In this document: positions 25,469 through 35,270 of the stretch, one piece after another
How positions within the stretch are numbered: position 1 is the stretch's first letter
Layout of the letters: every line of letters begins with the position of its first letter
Virus record (IMG/VR): IMGVR_UViG_3300049044_000033
Coordinates: 222,796 to 286,795 of that record
Origin: a virus
Taxonomy: Duplodnaviria > Heunggongvirae > Uroviricota > Caudoviricetes
DNA: 64,000 bases
Reading direction: 5' to 3' (one strand)
Translations under genes and position numbers: made by a program
Notes under the pieces: generated by a model
Seen by the model: only the letters and a program-made list of their open reading frames with translations
What the model was told of the DNA's origin: nothing
Databases searched by the model: none

Positions 25469-26096
25469 GGTTGTGGTCCTCTCTTATGAGGGTGTCAATC
25501 CATTTGTCGTCGTCTTCGTCAATTTCAACTTGCCAACGAGGATCATTAGCGTCGGTCATTTGAAAATCACGTTCTAAGATGGAACATGAAAATACATAAG
25601 CTGGCGAGCCGTCATGGTAGGTATAAATTGAGGAGTCAGCGTATATACCTAGACTACAAAGACCTGCCTTCATGGTCTTATAGTTAAAGCCTGTATCAAC
25701 TAACGCAATAAGGTCAAAGGTCCAACCTCGCCCCTCGACTACTTCTTCCAAGCCTTCATACATTACGATATCAATATCTACATCAGAGCAGACATTGCTA
25801 ATCGTCACTTTCTGAAAAGATGAGTAGAGACGCTTGGAATCAATGATACTAGCCGGATTAGCCTGAGTCTCAAACCGATGCTCACACATCCAACGCTCGA
25901 GAGCCTCGAAAGTAGTGAGAGACTGAACGTGGTCTCTGATTGCAACATATTGTTTCGTAGCTAGTCGAAGCCTACGATACTGGTCAGCATCCCTGCCCCA
26001 ATCGCCAAGTTCTCTGAATTCCCAGAACCAGTCTCGATAATATCGGACTAGATCTTCGCGATCTTCTACTCGGACGTTTGAGAGAACGTTCCTCAC
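25458..26096 (-). CDS. hypothetical protein (212 aa)
   Basis: ORF with ATGA-type coupling to its neighbours. Confidence 0.5.
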   Translation of the reverse strand: MRNVLSNVRVEDREDLVRYYRDWFWEFRELGDWGRDADQYRRLRLATKQYVAIRDHVQSLTTFEALERWMCEHRFETQANPASIIDSKRLYSSFQKVTISNVCSDVDIDIVMYEGLEEVVEGRGWTFDLIALVDTGFNYKTMKAGLCSLGIYADSSIYTYHDGSPAYVFSCSILERDFQMTDANDPRWQVEIDEDDDKWIDTLIREDHNHAD

Positions 26097-27274
26097 TTGA
26101 CTTCCTTCACACGGGTGAGAAGAGTTGACTTCTTGTCCTTGTAGACTTCGTGCTTCTTGACCGTGCCCTTGATCCTAACGCTCTTGCCAATCTTGTCTCC
26201 AAAGACCCGCTTAGTTGCGAACCACTTGTAGGCATTACCATGTGCGTCATGGAACATATGGAGGTAGCTGTTGTCAAGGGTGCGAATCTGATCGACCATA
26301 ACTTCAACTTCTATCTTCTGTCCCTGAACGCCTTGGAAATGACTTTCCAACTTTGCGGGACGATTGCGAGAATAATACACGCCTACGATAGAAGCCGCAA
26401 TGCCAATGCTCCGTTCTTCCAGGGATTCACTATTTGCGACCACATAGCAGTTGTGCTCATACTCGGAAAGTTCACCCTCGAGTCCCCGTGCCCAGTCAAG
26501 AGCCGCATGAGCGAGGTTCTGAGCTGCGTTACTCACGATGGGAAGCTGATAGCTCATTGATCCCCATACGTCATCTGCGGTGCTAGGCCGGCCAGTTTCC
26601 TTGCTGGACTTCTTGCTCGTAAATCCATGCTGGAGAATAGACTCAGCACAGAGCATCATAAAGTCCTCGGTATCGATCCAGCGGTAATCCCGAAGATCTC
26701 CTTGAACTCCGGTGTTGCGACTACCACGCACAAACTCGCCAATGCTAGCGACGACCTCGGCCATCTTGGCCCATTTCTCTGCATCGCCGTGACCCAGGAA
26801 GTCCTTGAGGCATGAACTGCCAACTTGCTTGAAGCCCTGCTCTTCATGGAAGACCACGAAAGTATCACGACGACGGCGCTTGTGATTACAATGATCGCAA
26901 GAGGGATCAGAATGTCTGTAGTGTTCGGGAAGGTCACGAAGACCAGTGGTGCGCACAATATTGCCTGCTTCACTGGCATGATCGATTCGAGCCACAAACT
27001 CCCAGCCGTCAAGCTTGGGTTCAGGGAAGGCCACGAATACTTCGTTGATGCGCTGATTATAGAATTTGGAAGTTTTATCCTCTTCCTTGTGGAAGCCCAC
27101 AACAGTGAGGAACAGGCGTTCGCCCGTAAGACGCTTGGCGCGCTTTGCGAGAGTCTCGAGCTTGGTCTTGAACCATTCAAAACCAGCAGCGGGAATTTCG
27201 TAAGTTTTGCCTTCGGCCACGTTCGATCTCCTGTTGTTATGCTTATAACATAACGCCAGTTTGGCAAACGTCAA
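26093..27274 (-). CDS. hypothetical protein (393 aa)
   Basis: Long ORF, Cys/His cluster CDHCNHK, no confident domain. Confidence 0.5.
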   Translation of the reverse strand: MTFAKLALCYKHNNRRSNVAEGKTYEIPAAGFEWFKTKLETLAKRAKRLTGERLFLTVVGFHKEEDKTSKFYNQRINEVFVAFPEPKLDGWEFVARIDHASEAGNIVRTTGLRDLPEHYRHSDPSCDHCNHKRRRRDTFVVFHEEQGFKQVGSSCLKDFLGHGDAEKWAKMAEVVASIGEFVRGSRNTGVQGDLRDYRWIDTEDFMMLCAESILQHGFTSKKSSKETGRPSTADDVWGSMSYQLPIVSNAAQNLAHAALDWARGLEGELSEYEHNCYVVANSESLEERSIGIAASIVGVYYSRNRPAKLESHFQGVQGQKIEVEVMVDQIRTLDNSYLHMFHDAHGNAYKWFATKRVFGDKIGKSVRIKGTVKKHEVYKDKKSTLLTRVKEVK

Positions 27275-27321
27275 CCAGATAAGGTGAACCCCCGCTATGG
27301 ACTAGCAGGGGTTCTAAAGGA

Positions 27322-27705
27322 TTAGACTTCTTCTTCTGGAGTGAAGTCGTCAGTGTCGACTTCTTCAGCTTCCATTACGCCTTCCGATGCGGCTGCGAAG
27401 GACCATGCCGAAGCAGTACCGTCGCCGAAAGTAGCCATGTGAGCCTTGATCTTTACAGCGTTCTTGACGTTGTCATCTGCATCCTTGAGCGCGATGGTCA
27501 TATCGCCAGCAGCGAGGGTGCCTTCTACCTTGTCAACTAGATAGCAAACGCCGGTATCAGAACCGACCTTAACAACAAAACGCTTCGAACCAGTCTGCTT
27601 TACGATGAAACCATCGCCTTCAGCAGCAGAACCGATCTTAGCGCGAACCTTGAACTGATTGCCAGCACCAGTACCGAAAAGCGACTTCTTAAGTGGACGT
27701 CCCAT
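27322..27705 (-). CDS. hypothetical protein (127 aa, acidic C-terminus)
   Basis: ORF with clean start context. Confidence 0.45.
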   Translation of the reverse strand: MGRPLKKSLFGTGAGNQFKVRAKIGSAAEGDGFIVKQTGSKRFVVKVGSDTGVCYLVDKVEGTLAAGDMTIALKDADDNVKNAVKIKAHMATFGDGTASAWSFAAASEGVMEAEEVDTDDFTPEEEV

Positions 27706-27764
27706 GATAATCTCCTAAATAGGCGTGGGTTTAACCTATTTAGTGGATTTTCGGAGTAGAATGT

Positions 27765-28208
27765 CTATATGGTTAAGCGAAACAAGACCATATGCTTCGG
27801 GGTATCGGACAATGGGGAATCAATCATCTGAACAATCAAAGGGGTGACCTTAATAGCTCGTTCGCTACAAACTTCATTGCTTCTCTTTAGGTCATTGCTG
27901 ACCATACCCAAATCAATCCAGCGACAATAACCCATATCTGTAAAGCTACTAGGTGATACCTTTATAGCATAGAGGTAAGCGTGAAGATACGCAGCAACTT
28001 TAGATTGCCCATGCTTCTCGTGAAGTTCCCAGAGGTTCCTACCCAATCGAGTGCAGGTCTTCTTCAATCGACCTTTCTCGTAAGGCGTGATACCTAGAGT
28101 GTTTACAGATACCTCTTCACATTCCATCTTGTCCTTGATATCAAGAGCTAGGTTACGGATAAGACGGAGGTCTTTGATAATAGTCTTATAGAGCTCTGCA
28201 ATATCCAT
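27765..28208 (-). CDS. hypothetical protein (147 aa)
   Basis: ORF. Its stop overlaps the upstream gene's start. Confidence 0.45.
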   Translation of the reverse strand: MDIAELYKTIIKDLRLIRNLALDIKDKMECEEVSVNTLGITPYEKGRLKKTCTRLGRNLWELHEKHGQSKVAAYLHAYLYAIKVSPSSFTDMGYCRWIDLGMVSNDLKRSNEVCSERAIKVTPLIVQMIDSPLSDTPKHMVLFRLTI

Positions 28209-28699
28209 TACCGGTATCCCAATTCCTTGATATCATTGCGCACCTGAGTCTCAATCTCGCCTAAGTCGTTAGAACCTTGCCAAGTGGATCGGCTCAAAGC
28301 CCGAGGATCATTGGCCGCCAAGCCAATACCCCAAACTCTGTCCCATGGGGACGCTTCCACTAGAGTCGTGCCATCCGTAGCCAGTAGCCAATTCAGGCAA
28401 TTGGTATCCTGAGTGAACTTGGCAAAGTTGGCTCGATATACGATCAGCTTCCGGTTAGCCTCCCATTTGGACGACACAAAACCTCGTACCAAGCGACCAG
28501 TGGCTTTCTGAACCTTGGGATTGTCACTTTTCATAATGATGTCAAGGGCGTCATCATCACCAAACAGTCGGGCTTTCTCAGCCATCATGAACTGTTCCGC
28601 GCAGTTGTATTCCACACCCTCTATGGTAAACCAGCTAGGATACCACTGGCTTCCAGGTCCACCATAGAAGAATGTGAATTGCTCGCTCACTGGCACCAA
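28208..28699 (-). CDS. NADAR / YbiA-like (DUF1768) domain protein
   Basis: FFYGGPGSQWYPSWF...CAEQFMMAEKARLFGD...LVEASPWDRVWGIG matches the NADAR family signature. Confidence 0.75.
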   Translation of the reverse strand: MVPVSEQFTFFYGGPGSQWYPSWFTIEGVEYNCAEQFMMAEKARLFGDDDALDIIMKSDNPKVQKATGRLVRGFVSSKWEANRKLIVYRANFAKFTQDTNCLNWLLATDGTTLVEASPWDRVWGIGLAANDPRALSRSTWQGSNDLGEIETQVRNDIKELGYR

Positions 28700-29130
28700 C
28701 CTGCCCGCTTGCCGCCAATATAGGGACGAGCATAACCACGAGCAATCAACATATTAGTGAGGCTCTCTCCGCCCACGAACACATCAGCATCAACGCGCCC
28801 GCCATACTTGTCCCACTTGAGGTTGGTCAGCGTAACCTTGCGACCAGCAGTGAGGATCACGCGAGTTGTAAATGCCTTGGCCGCTTGTGCGTTATACTTT
28901 TCTGAAGGGCACTTGCCGCGCATCTCAGGGGTATCAACACCACGAACCCGGACGCCAATCCGGCTCAGTTCAGGCGGCAGACCAGTCATCTTAATGTAAA
29001 AGGTATCTCCGTCATAGATACCCACAACATCGTAGGTATAGGTCGGAGCAGCGATTGCTGGGGTTGCGACAAAAGCCGCAAGAGCAAAAAGGGCGTTACG
29101 AATAATCTTCATAACACCCTTTTTACACAT
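28687..29130 (-). CDS. secreted staphylococcal-nuclease-like (SNase/thermonuclease) protein
   Basis: Signal peptide, then VVGIYDGDTFYIK...RVRGVDTPEMRGKC...YGGRVDADV...LIARGYA, the SNase GDT...R.GIDTPE pattern. Confidence 0.65.
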   Translation of the reverse strand: MCKKGVMKIIRNALFALAAFVATPAIAAPTYTYDVVGIYDGDTFYIKMTGLPPELSRIGVRVRGVDTPEMRGKCPSEKYNAQAAKAFTTRVILTAGRKVTLTNLKWDKYGGRVDADVFVGGESLTNMLIARGYARPYIGGKRAGWCQ

Positions 29131-29152
29131 TTAGGTTAGGCTGTCAATACCC

Positions 29153-30352
29153 TTAGCGGGCATTAAGCTGTGCCTGTCGCTGTGCTGCCGAGGCCAGCGA
29201 TTCCTTGAGCTTCTGCTCTGCTGCGATCAAACGCTGCTCAGCATCGGCGCGCTTGGCCTTACCTTGCTCTGCGAGATCGATGGACTCATTGATCGTAGCG
29301 ATCAAGAGTTCATTAGCCTGTTCCGCTGCCTCAACATCGAAGATGCCGCGCTCGATTTCCTTGCGGGCAACTGCGTTGCTAGTATTGAGCTGCTTCGCGG
29401 ACTGAACGATCAGCTCGTTGGTGAAATCAGTAGCCGTCTTAGTGGCCTTGCCGGCTTCTTCTGCGCGCCATGCTGCAATGGAAACAGCCATAGTGCGCTT
29501 CCAGAGGGGCAAAGTATTGAGCAGCTGACTCTGGATCTTCTCTGCGAGACCCTTATCATTTGCCTGGACGATGCGGATGCTAGGTAGCGCCTGGATGGTC
29601 AGGTTACGCGTCAGCAAGAGATCAGCCCGCTTGCGTTCCAGAGAATCACGAGCTTCGGTCAAGTCCCGCAGATCCTGCACATCTGCCATATCACCGCTGG
29701 CATCGGACTTAGCCTTGGCGGCCGGGATCATATTCGTGTTAACGTCCTCGAGCAGGTAGTCCATAGCGGCAATCTGCTCATCGAGCGAATCCAGCAGACC
29801 CAACGTGGCTTCGTATTGCTTGTCGAGTGCCACAATATCCTTGAGCATCTGGACGCGATGCCCTTCAAGAACGTTGTAGGTCTTGAGAATCTGACCTTCG
29901 ACCGTCTGGTAGCGATCCAGGAACTTCTGCAGGACGCTGGCCTTACCTAGCAGCTTTTGGAAGAAGCCAGGCTTCTGACCAGTAGCAAGAGCCGCAAAAT
30001 CCAGCCCCTTCATTTCGCGGACCATCTGGTTCATCGCGTCGCCGACTGGACCAGTATCCTTGGTACGAACGCCCTGGAGCATTTGTTCGGAAACTTGCGT
30101 AGTTGCCTTCTGTGCTTCAACGCCGAAGGTGATAATCGACTGACTATCCTTGAGGTTGATCTTGCTTGCGAGCTCCTTGGCACGTTCGCGCGACACCTTG
30201 TTGGGAATACGTCCGGCCTGACCATTGAGGCTGACAATATCCTGAGATCCGATCTCAGGCACGGTCAGAGCATTTTCAGCCGTCGGTGTGGGGAGAAGTT
30301 CACCGGTCAACGACGGGGTCGCCGTACCGATCTTTGTAGGATCACTTGCCAT
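29153..30352 (-). CDS. TelA-like (toxic anion resistance family) protein
   Basis: 399 aa alpha-helical protein. Family-level resemblance only. Confidence 0.4.
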   Translation of the reverse strand: MASDPTKIGTATPSLTGELLPTPTAENALTVPEIGSQDIVSLNGQAGRIPNKVSRERAKELASKINLKDSQSIITFGVEAQKATTQVSEQMLQGVRTKDTGPVGDAMNQMVREMKGLDFAALATGQKPGFFQKLLGKASVLQKFLDRYQTVEGQILKTYNVLEGHRVQMLKDIVALDKQYEATLGLLDSLDEQIAAMDYLLEDVNTNMIPAAKAKSDASGDMADVQDLRDLTEARDSLERKRADLLLTRNLTIQALPSIRIVQANDKGLAEKIQSQLLNTLPLWKRTMAVSIAAWRAEEAGKATKTATDFTNELIVQSAKQLNTSNAVARKEIERGIFDVEAAEQANELLIATINESIDLAEQGKAKRADAEQRLIAAEQKLKESLASAAQRQAQLNAR

Positions 30353-30354
30353 TT

Positions 30355-31071
30355 TTAGATTCCCTCGTTGTTGAGTCGGTTCTTCATAACAGTCATGTTG
30401 ACATCAAAGTCCATGACATCATTTGCCAAAAGCTTGTCGAGCAGCTTTTGGAAATTATCATCGATGGTGTCGAGCATTTCGTCGAACTGTGCCATCTGCT
30501 TCTGTGCTTCGAGATTGCGAGCACCGGTCCGGCTCAGCTGAGCATAGCCCTTGACTAGTGTGATCGTTTCATCCAAGTAACTGTTGAGCCAGCTTTGAGC
30601 CAGCAAAACGTCCTTGGGATCAACGCGGAAATCCTCGATGATCTTACGACCAATAGCATCAATATGCTTGATGCGTCGGATTGTGTTGGGGCTCTTGATC
30701 TGGGTAGCTTCCATGAGGATCCGGTCCAGCTTGTCACTGCCCATCTTGATCGCTTCCACGACCAGCTTCGTATCCACGCCCGAAGTACCTGCTGCGATAT
30801 CGTCAATATGCCGGTAGAGATCCTTAATGTCTTGTGCGGTTGCCGGGCGCCGACCAGGGAAGAAGTACCAAATCCCTAATCCAGTTGCTGCGCTCAACGG
30901 GCCAGCTAGTGCGAGATCACCGATAAAGGAAAGTGGGAAAGCAGCCATGCCGCTTACAAAGACACACGTTGCGCCTCCAAATGCTGCTAACTTACTCACT
31001 AGATCTTTGTTCATCGGTTCCTCGCTTAACACTGGCTCCTTTATAGCAAGGTTTACCAATGTGTCTACCAC
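30355..31071 (-). CDS. hypothetical membrane-associated protein (238 aa)
   Basis: ORF with hydrophobic N-terminal segments, coupled to its neighbours. Confidence 0.45.
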   Translation of the reverse strand: MVDTLVNLAIKEPVLSEEPMNKDLVSKLAAFGGATCVFVSGMAAFPLSFIGDLALAGPLSAATGLGIWYFFPGRRPATAQDIKDLYRHIDDIAAGTSGVDTKLVVEAIKMGSDKLDRILMEATQIKSPNTIRRIKHIDAIGRKIIEDFRVDPKDVLLAQSWLNSYLDETITLVKGYAQLSRTGARNLEAQKQMAQFDEMLDTIDDNFQKLLDKLLANDVMDFDVNMTVMKNRLNNEGI

Positions 31072-31129
31072 TGATTAGAAAAGAAAGGGCGACATTGCTG
31101 CCGCCCCTTCTCCTATAGGTTAGTCCAAC

Positions 31130-32869
31130 TTAGTCTTCTGGGTTAATACCAGCAAGCTTCTGGATCTCAGCCTTCTCGCTAGGAGCAAGAGGAGCCTCGA
31201 TTACCGTCTTAGCTACGCGACGTGCTGCTGGCTTTGCAACCTGCGGAGCACCCACGACTGCCAGACCTTCATCATCCAGAGGAGCAGCAACCGATTCGAC
31301 CAGACCATTAAGGCCACGGCTCAGGTCAACGCCAAGCTCGCGAGCCAGTTCGTCAACAACCGGAACCTGCAGTCGGTAGCCCAGCATCGAGTTGGTCAGG
31401 TCAGTAGCGAGGTTTCCTGTAGGAGCCGACTGACCGCCGAAACCTTCGCCATTGGAATGACCGCCCAGGCCACCCATCTGAACTACGCGGATGCTGTCGA
31501 CCTTCTCCATCGGCTTGGTCATCTTTTCCATGATGGCCGGCAGAGCTTCAATCAGAGCCTTGCGCATGTTGTATGCCATCTGGGCAGAGCTTGTCACGTT
31601 AGCAGCTTCGTTGAGGGCGCGCTGACCTTCCGATTCAACTTCGTAACGCTTTGCGTCAGCGTCGATGAGGCGTTCCTTGGCCTGTGCGCTTGCGTCAGCA
31701 GCAGCCAGTTCAGCTTCAGCACGGATACGAATACCCGCAGCTTCTTCCTGAGCCTTAGTCTCAGCCGCAATAACAGCAACCTTCTGGCTACGTTCTGCCT
31801 GTGCCTGTGCCTCAACAGTCTTCACCGCTTCAGCAGCCTTAACAGCTTCCGCGCGAGCAGCATCAGCAGCCGCACGGGCCTTGGATTCCTGCTCCGACTT
31901 CTCAGCAACCGCAATACGTGACTGCTGGCTAGCAATCTCGAGAGCCTGCGCTGCTTCAGTTTCGGCTACCTGGATAGCGCGCTTCTGTTCGACGCGAGCC
32001 TGCTCAGTAGCACGAGCAGCTTCAATTTCTGCCAGATCAGATTCACGCTTACGGTCGGCGCGGGTCTGGGCCAGTTCAGCTTCCTGCTGGGCACGACGGG
32101 TTTCAACTTCGCGCTCCTGCTCCAGGGTAGCGAATTCGTCCTGCTGCTTAATATCCAGCGAGCGCTTGTTGGCTTCGAAGTTCTTCTGCTCAATCGCAAC
32201 GCGGTTGTCAGCTTCGATGTCGTTACGCTCCTTCTTGCGAGTCTCAGTAACCTGAGTCAGCTTCGCAAGACCTTCAGCGTCGAAGGCGTTGTTGGGGTTG
32301 AAGAATTCAACCGAAGTCTGGTCCAGACCAGTTAGCGACACCGATTCAAGTTCCAGACCGTTCTTGCGCAGGTCTTCAGCAACAGTTGCCTGAACCTTCT
32401 GAACAAACTCAGCGCGCTTTTCGTGAAGGTCCTGCATATCCATACCAGCTGCCGCAGCACGGAGAGCGTCGATGAACTTGCCTTCAATTAGCGAAGCCAG
32501 CTGATCAGGAGCCAAGGTGCGGCGACCAAGCGTCTGTGCCGCAGCCGCAATGCTCTGCTCATCTGGAGCAACACGAACATAGAACTCTGCCTTCACGTCA
32601 ACGCGCAGACGGTCCTTAGTGATCAGCGAATCACGACCCTTACGTTCGACACCGAGACGCAGCGTCTGCATGTTGATGGGGATGGTTTCGTGGAACACTG
32701 GCAGAATAACAGCGCCACCGTCCTTAACGACCTTCTGTCCACCCATACCAGTACGGACAAAAGACTGTTCCTTGCTTGCGCGATGGAACATTTTGGTCAT
32801 GATCAAACCGATGACCATGAAACCTACTAGGAAGACGCCTAGCAGAATACCTGCAAATTGAAGAGTCAC
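31130..32869 (-). CDS. SPFH/band-7 flotillin-like protein (YqiK-like)
   Basis: 579 aa. N-terminal TM, SPFH core (VRTGMGGQKVV...), then a long Ala/Glu-rich repetitive coiled coil (AEAELAAADASAQAKE). Confidence 0.75.
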   Translation of the reverse strand: MTLQFAGILLGVFLVGFMVIGLIMTKMFHRASKEQSFVRTGMGGQKVVKDGGAVILPVFHETIPINMQTLRLGVERKGRDSLITKDRLRVDVKAEFYVRVAPDEQSIAAAAQTLGRRTLAPDQLASLIEGKFIDALRAAAAGMDMQDLHEKRAEFVQKVQATVAEDLRKNGLELESVSLTGLDQTSVEFFNPNNAFDAEGLAKLTQVTETRKKERNDIEADNRVAIEQKNFEANKRSLDIKQQDEFATLEQEREVETRRAQQEAELAQTRADRKRESDLAEIEAARATEQARVEQKRAIQVAETEAAQALEIASQQSRIAVAEKSEQESKARAAADAARAEAVKAAEAVKTVEAQAQAERSQKVAVIAAETKAQEEAAGIRIRAEAELAAADASAQAKERLIDADAKRYEVESEGQRALNEAANVTSSAQMAYNMRKALIEALPAIMEKMTKPMEKVDSIRVVQMGGLGGHSNGEGFGGQSAPTGNLATDLTNSMLGYRLQVPVVDELARELGVDLSRGLNGLVESVAAPLDDEGLAVVGAPQVAKPAARRVAKTVIEAPLAPSEKAEIQKLAGINPED

Positions 32870-32885
32870 TTAATTCTCCTATGAA

Positions 32886-33530
32886 TTAGATCTTACGCAC
32901 CATGTGGGCGTGATTAATTGACCTATGTGGACCGGTTAGCACCGCAGTTTCACCCACATCAATATTTTCTTCACCATCGGCAAAGACATAAACGTAATGA
33001 TCAGTACCATACTGATCGGTTACCCGGATTGAACCACTCTGGGTATTTGAGACTGGTCCGACAACAATAGGACCGGATAGATTAGATAAACTTTCCAGAG
33101 ATACCGCGGATGTAATATCTCTAGGCATTAATTGTGCAGCCACAATCGACCCCCAACGAACAAAGGGGAGCGTCAATGAGAACACAATAGGACAACTGAG
33201 CAACATAGGAGCATAGGCACCTGTCAGGCCTTCATAGACCCACTGTGCGCTATATCCAAGGATTGTGAACACTGTGCTGAAGATCACAAGGAAGATCATC
33301 ACTGGAACACTTCCAGGATTAAACCAACCTAAGATGTGAGAGTCTACTTCTAAGTAGTCGGGAATGCCGTTCCCGTTCAGATCCGCAGAGAAATCTATAT
33401 CATGATGGAATGAGCTAAAGCCCAAAATCAATCCGATGATTTCAAGAACCAAAATAGCACCGAGGAGACACGCACTCACAAGGAATGGTGTGTTGGCTTG
33501 TGCTAGTAAGAAAGTAGAAATGTTGTCCAT
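32886..33530 (-). CDS. NfeD-like membrane protein (YqiJ-like partner of flotillin)
   Basis: 214 aa. Multiple TM helices plus a C-terminal beta-rich segment, immediately upstream of the SPFH gene in the same orientation, as in yqiJK operons. Confidence 0.5.
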   Translation of the reverse strand: MDNISTFLLAQANTPFLVSACLLGAILVLEIIGLILGFSSFHHDIDFSADLNGNGIPDYLEVDSHILGWFNPGSVPVMIFLVIFSTVFTILGYSAQWVYEGLTGAYAPMLLSCPIVFSLTLPFVRWGSIVAAQLMPRDITSAVSLESLSNLSGPIVVGPVSNTQSGSIRVTDQYGTDHYVYVFADGEENIDVGETAVLTGPHRSINHAHMVRKI

Positions 33531-33565
33531 ATACCGGCCATAACGAACCGATATCTAAACTGTCA

Positions 33566-33865
33566 TTATTCTTTTGGTGGGAGAGAGTCAGCTAATCGTG
33601 CGAGGACGTTACCGTGACAAGGAGAGGGTGAACACCAGCAACCTAACTTTTTGCCTTTGAGTTCATAGAGGGCATCCATAAGAGCTTTTTGCTCTACTAC
33701 CCACTCAGCATATTGCTGGATACATTCTTCTCGGGTGCCGTCACGCCCGACCACGAAGGGATTGCCCCACTTTGTCTTCCGGTCGATACGAACGTCGTAG
33801 TGATCTTCTTTGAGATTAACTACCGAGGTTCCGGGCGGGGGCCATGAAAAGAGATCGTCTGCCAT
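33566..33865 (-). CDS. DUF4326-like small protein
   Basis: 99 aa. WGNPF...LGCWCSPSPCHG motif. Confidence 0.5.
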   Translation of the reverse strand: MADDLFSWPPPGTSVVNLKEDHYDVRIDRKTKWGNPFVVGRDGTREECIQQYAEWVVEQKALMDALYELKGKKLGCWCSPSPCHGNVLARLADSLPPKE

Positions 33866-34052
33866 CCTAATACTTATAAGGTGACCCAGAAGTTTTTCAA
33901 CCCCTGGGTCTGCTTCCGCAGTGCTTGAGGGTAACTGCTCGGCAGGTCAAATATGTATTACTACGGAAGTATTAGCAAGGGCAGATTGTGCTTTAGGTGC
34001 GTTAAAACGCATATCATAAGAAAAGGTAGACCTAGGTCTACCTTTTCTTACT

Positions 34053-34124
<72 letters not shown>

Positions 34125-34170
34125 CATGTTGTGTGCTCTCTTTGTAGCACCTACATACCTATTTAGCAAT

Positions 34171-34530
34171 TTAAACTTTGAACTCTTTCTTCAAAGCTTC
34201 TTCCATTTGAGAAAAGGAGAGTGGCTTTTCTAAGACTGTGAAGCCATGGAAGGCTTCCGGAAGCTTATGGGGATCACCGGTGCAAACAATCACAGGGGTG
34301 AGGCTATGCCGGAGGTGCTCTGCTACTTCTTCAGTAGTGCCATCTGTGAGCGTCACATCAAGGACCACCCCGGCGAATCTGCTATTTTCCACAAGCTTTA
34401 TGGCTTCAGGAACTGTTGAGGCAAATCCCGCTACTGTGAGACCGACCTCATCGCATACTTCTTCCCAGTAGATTTGAAGATATGCTTCATCTTCAATAAT
34501 CAGGACTTGTTTGCGATTTATTCCAAACAT
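34171..34530 (-). CDS. stand-alone response-regulator receiver (CheY-like REC) domain protein
   Basis: VLIIEDE acidic pocket, VVLDVTLTDG phospho-acceptor Asp region, PVIVCTG, LEKP Lys. 119 aa with no output domain. Confidence 0.7.
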   Translation of the reverse strand: MFGINRKQVLIIEDEAYLQIYWEEVCDEVGLTVAGFASTVPEAIKLVENSRFAGVVLDVTLTDGTTEEVAEHLRHSLTPVIVCTGDPHKLPEAFHGFTVLEKPLSFSQMEEALKKEFKV

Positions 34531-34538
34531 ATGAACCC

Positions 34539-35063
34539 CTAGAACATACTCAGCTTTGCTAACATGACTTGGTTAACTGTGCCGCCGTCTAGGATCATCG
34601 CGCTAGTTGGCTTACCAACACGAACAAGATCGCCGGCTTTGTTTCCCTGGGCGCTCTTAAAGAGCTTGGCGTAAATTGCTCCCTTGTCAGAGATCTTCTT
34701 CACCGTGCCCATAACCATATCAACTCGGGCGCCTTCTGTGCCGCGAGGGAAAAGGATAGTATGACCAATCTCAATAGTGCGTCCCATGAGATCATTGAAG
34801 CGCGGAGTGGTTTCGCGATCTTCTACAAAATGCGTCCCGCCCTTCCAATCGGCCAGATGCTCGAGCTCACTGCCCTTCATCCAAAAGCTGCGGCGGCCAT
34901 TCACAGATAGCTGATAATCATGAGCGCTGTAATATTTGGAGCGGACGCTAACGACTCGTCCAACAGTGCCTTCCCGGACGCCTGAAATGATCCGCACAAA
35001 CTGTGGACCATCTTCCATGCTTTTAATCAAAGACGTTGCTGCGTGATAGTTATTGAGATTCAT
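34539..35063 (-). CDS. hypothetical protein (174 aa)
   Basis: ORF, no motif recognised. Confidence 0.45.
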   Translation of the reverse strand: MNLNNYHAATSLIKSMEDGPQFVRIISGVREGTVGRVVSVRSKYYSAHDYQLSVNGRRSFWMKGSELEHLADWKGGTHFVEDRETTPRFNDLMGRTIEIGHTILFPRGTEGARVDMVMGTVKKISDKGAIYAKLFKSAQGNKAGDLVRVGKPTSAMILDGGTVNQVMLAKLSMF

Positions 35064-35270
35064 GCGAAACCCCTCGTAGTCCGATCTAGCAACGATCTTT
35101 GGGAAGGACCCTAGGAACGCTTATTTTTATTCGCAACAAAAACAACGCTTTGTGCGTTATTTGCGTTGTGCAGCAAGTTACGATAACTCTCCACGCCAGT
35201 CTAGTCTACACCTATAAAAAATCTAGACTTATCAAGTCTTTCCATATTTGTTGGACTTATAGTCACAAAG

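Noticed and set aside
27236-27275. Palindrome GTTATGCTTATAACATAAC near the 27274 gene start
   Set aside because: Short and AT-rich, overlapping a start-codon region. Could be an operator but the evidence is too thin for a feature call.
31457-32255. Two plus-strand ORFs (154 and 124 aa) rich in Ser/Ala/Arg
   Set aside because: Antisense to the Ala/Glu-rich coiled coil of the flotillin gene. Compositional artefact.
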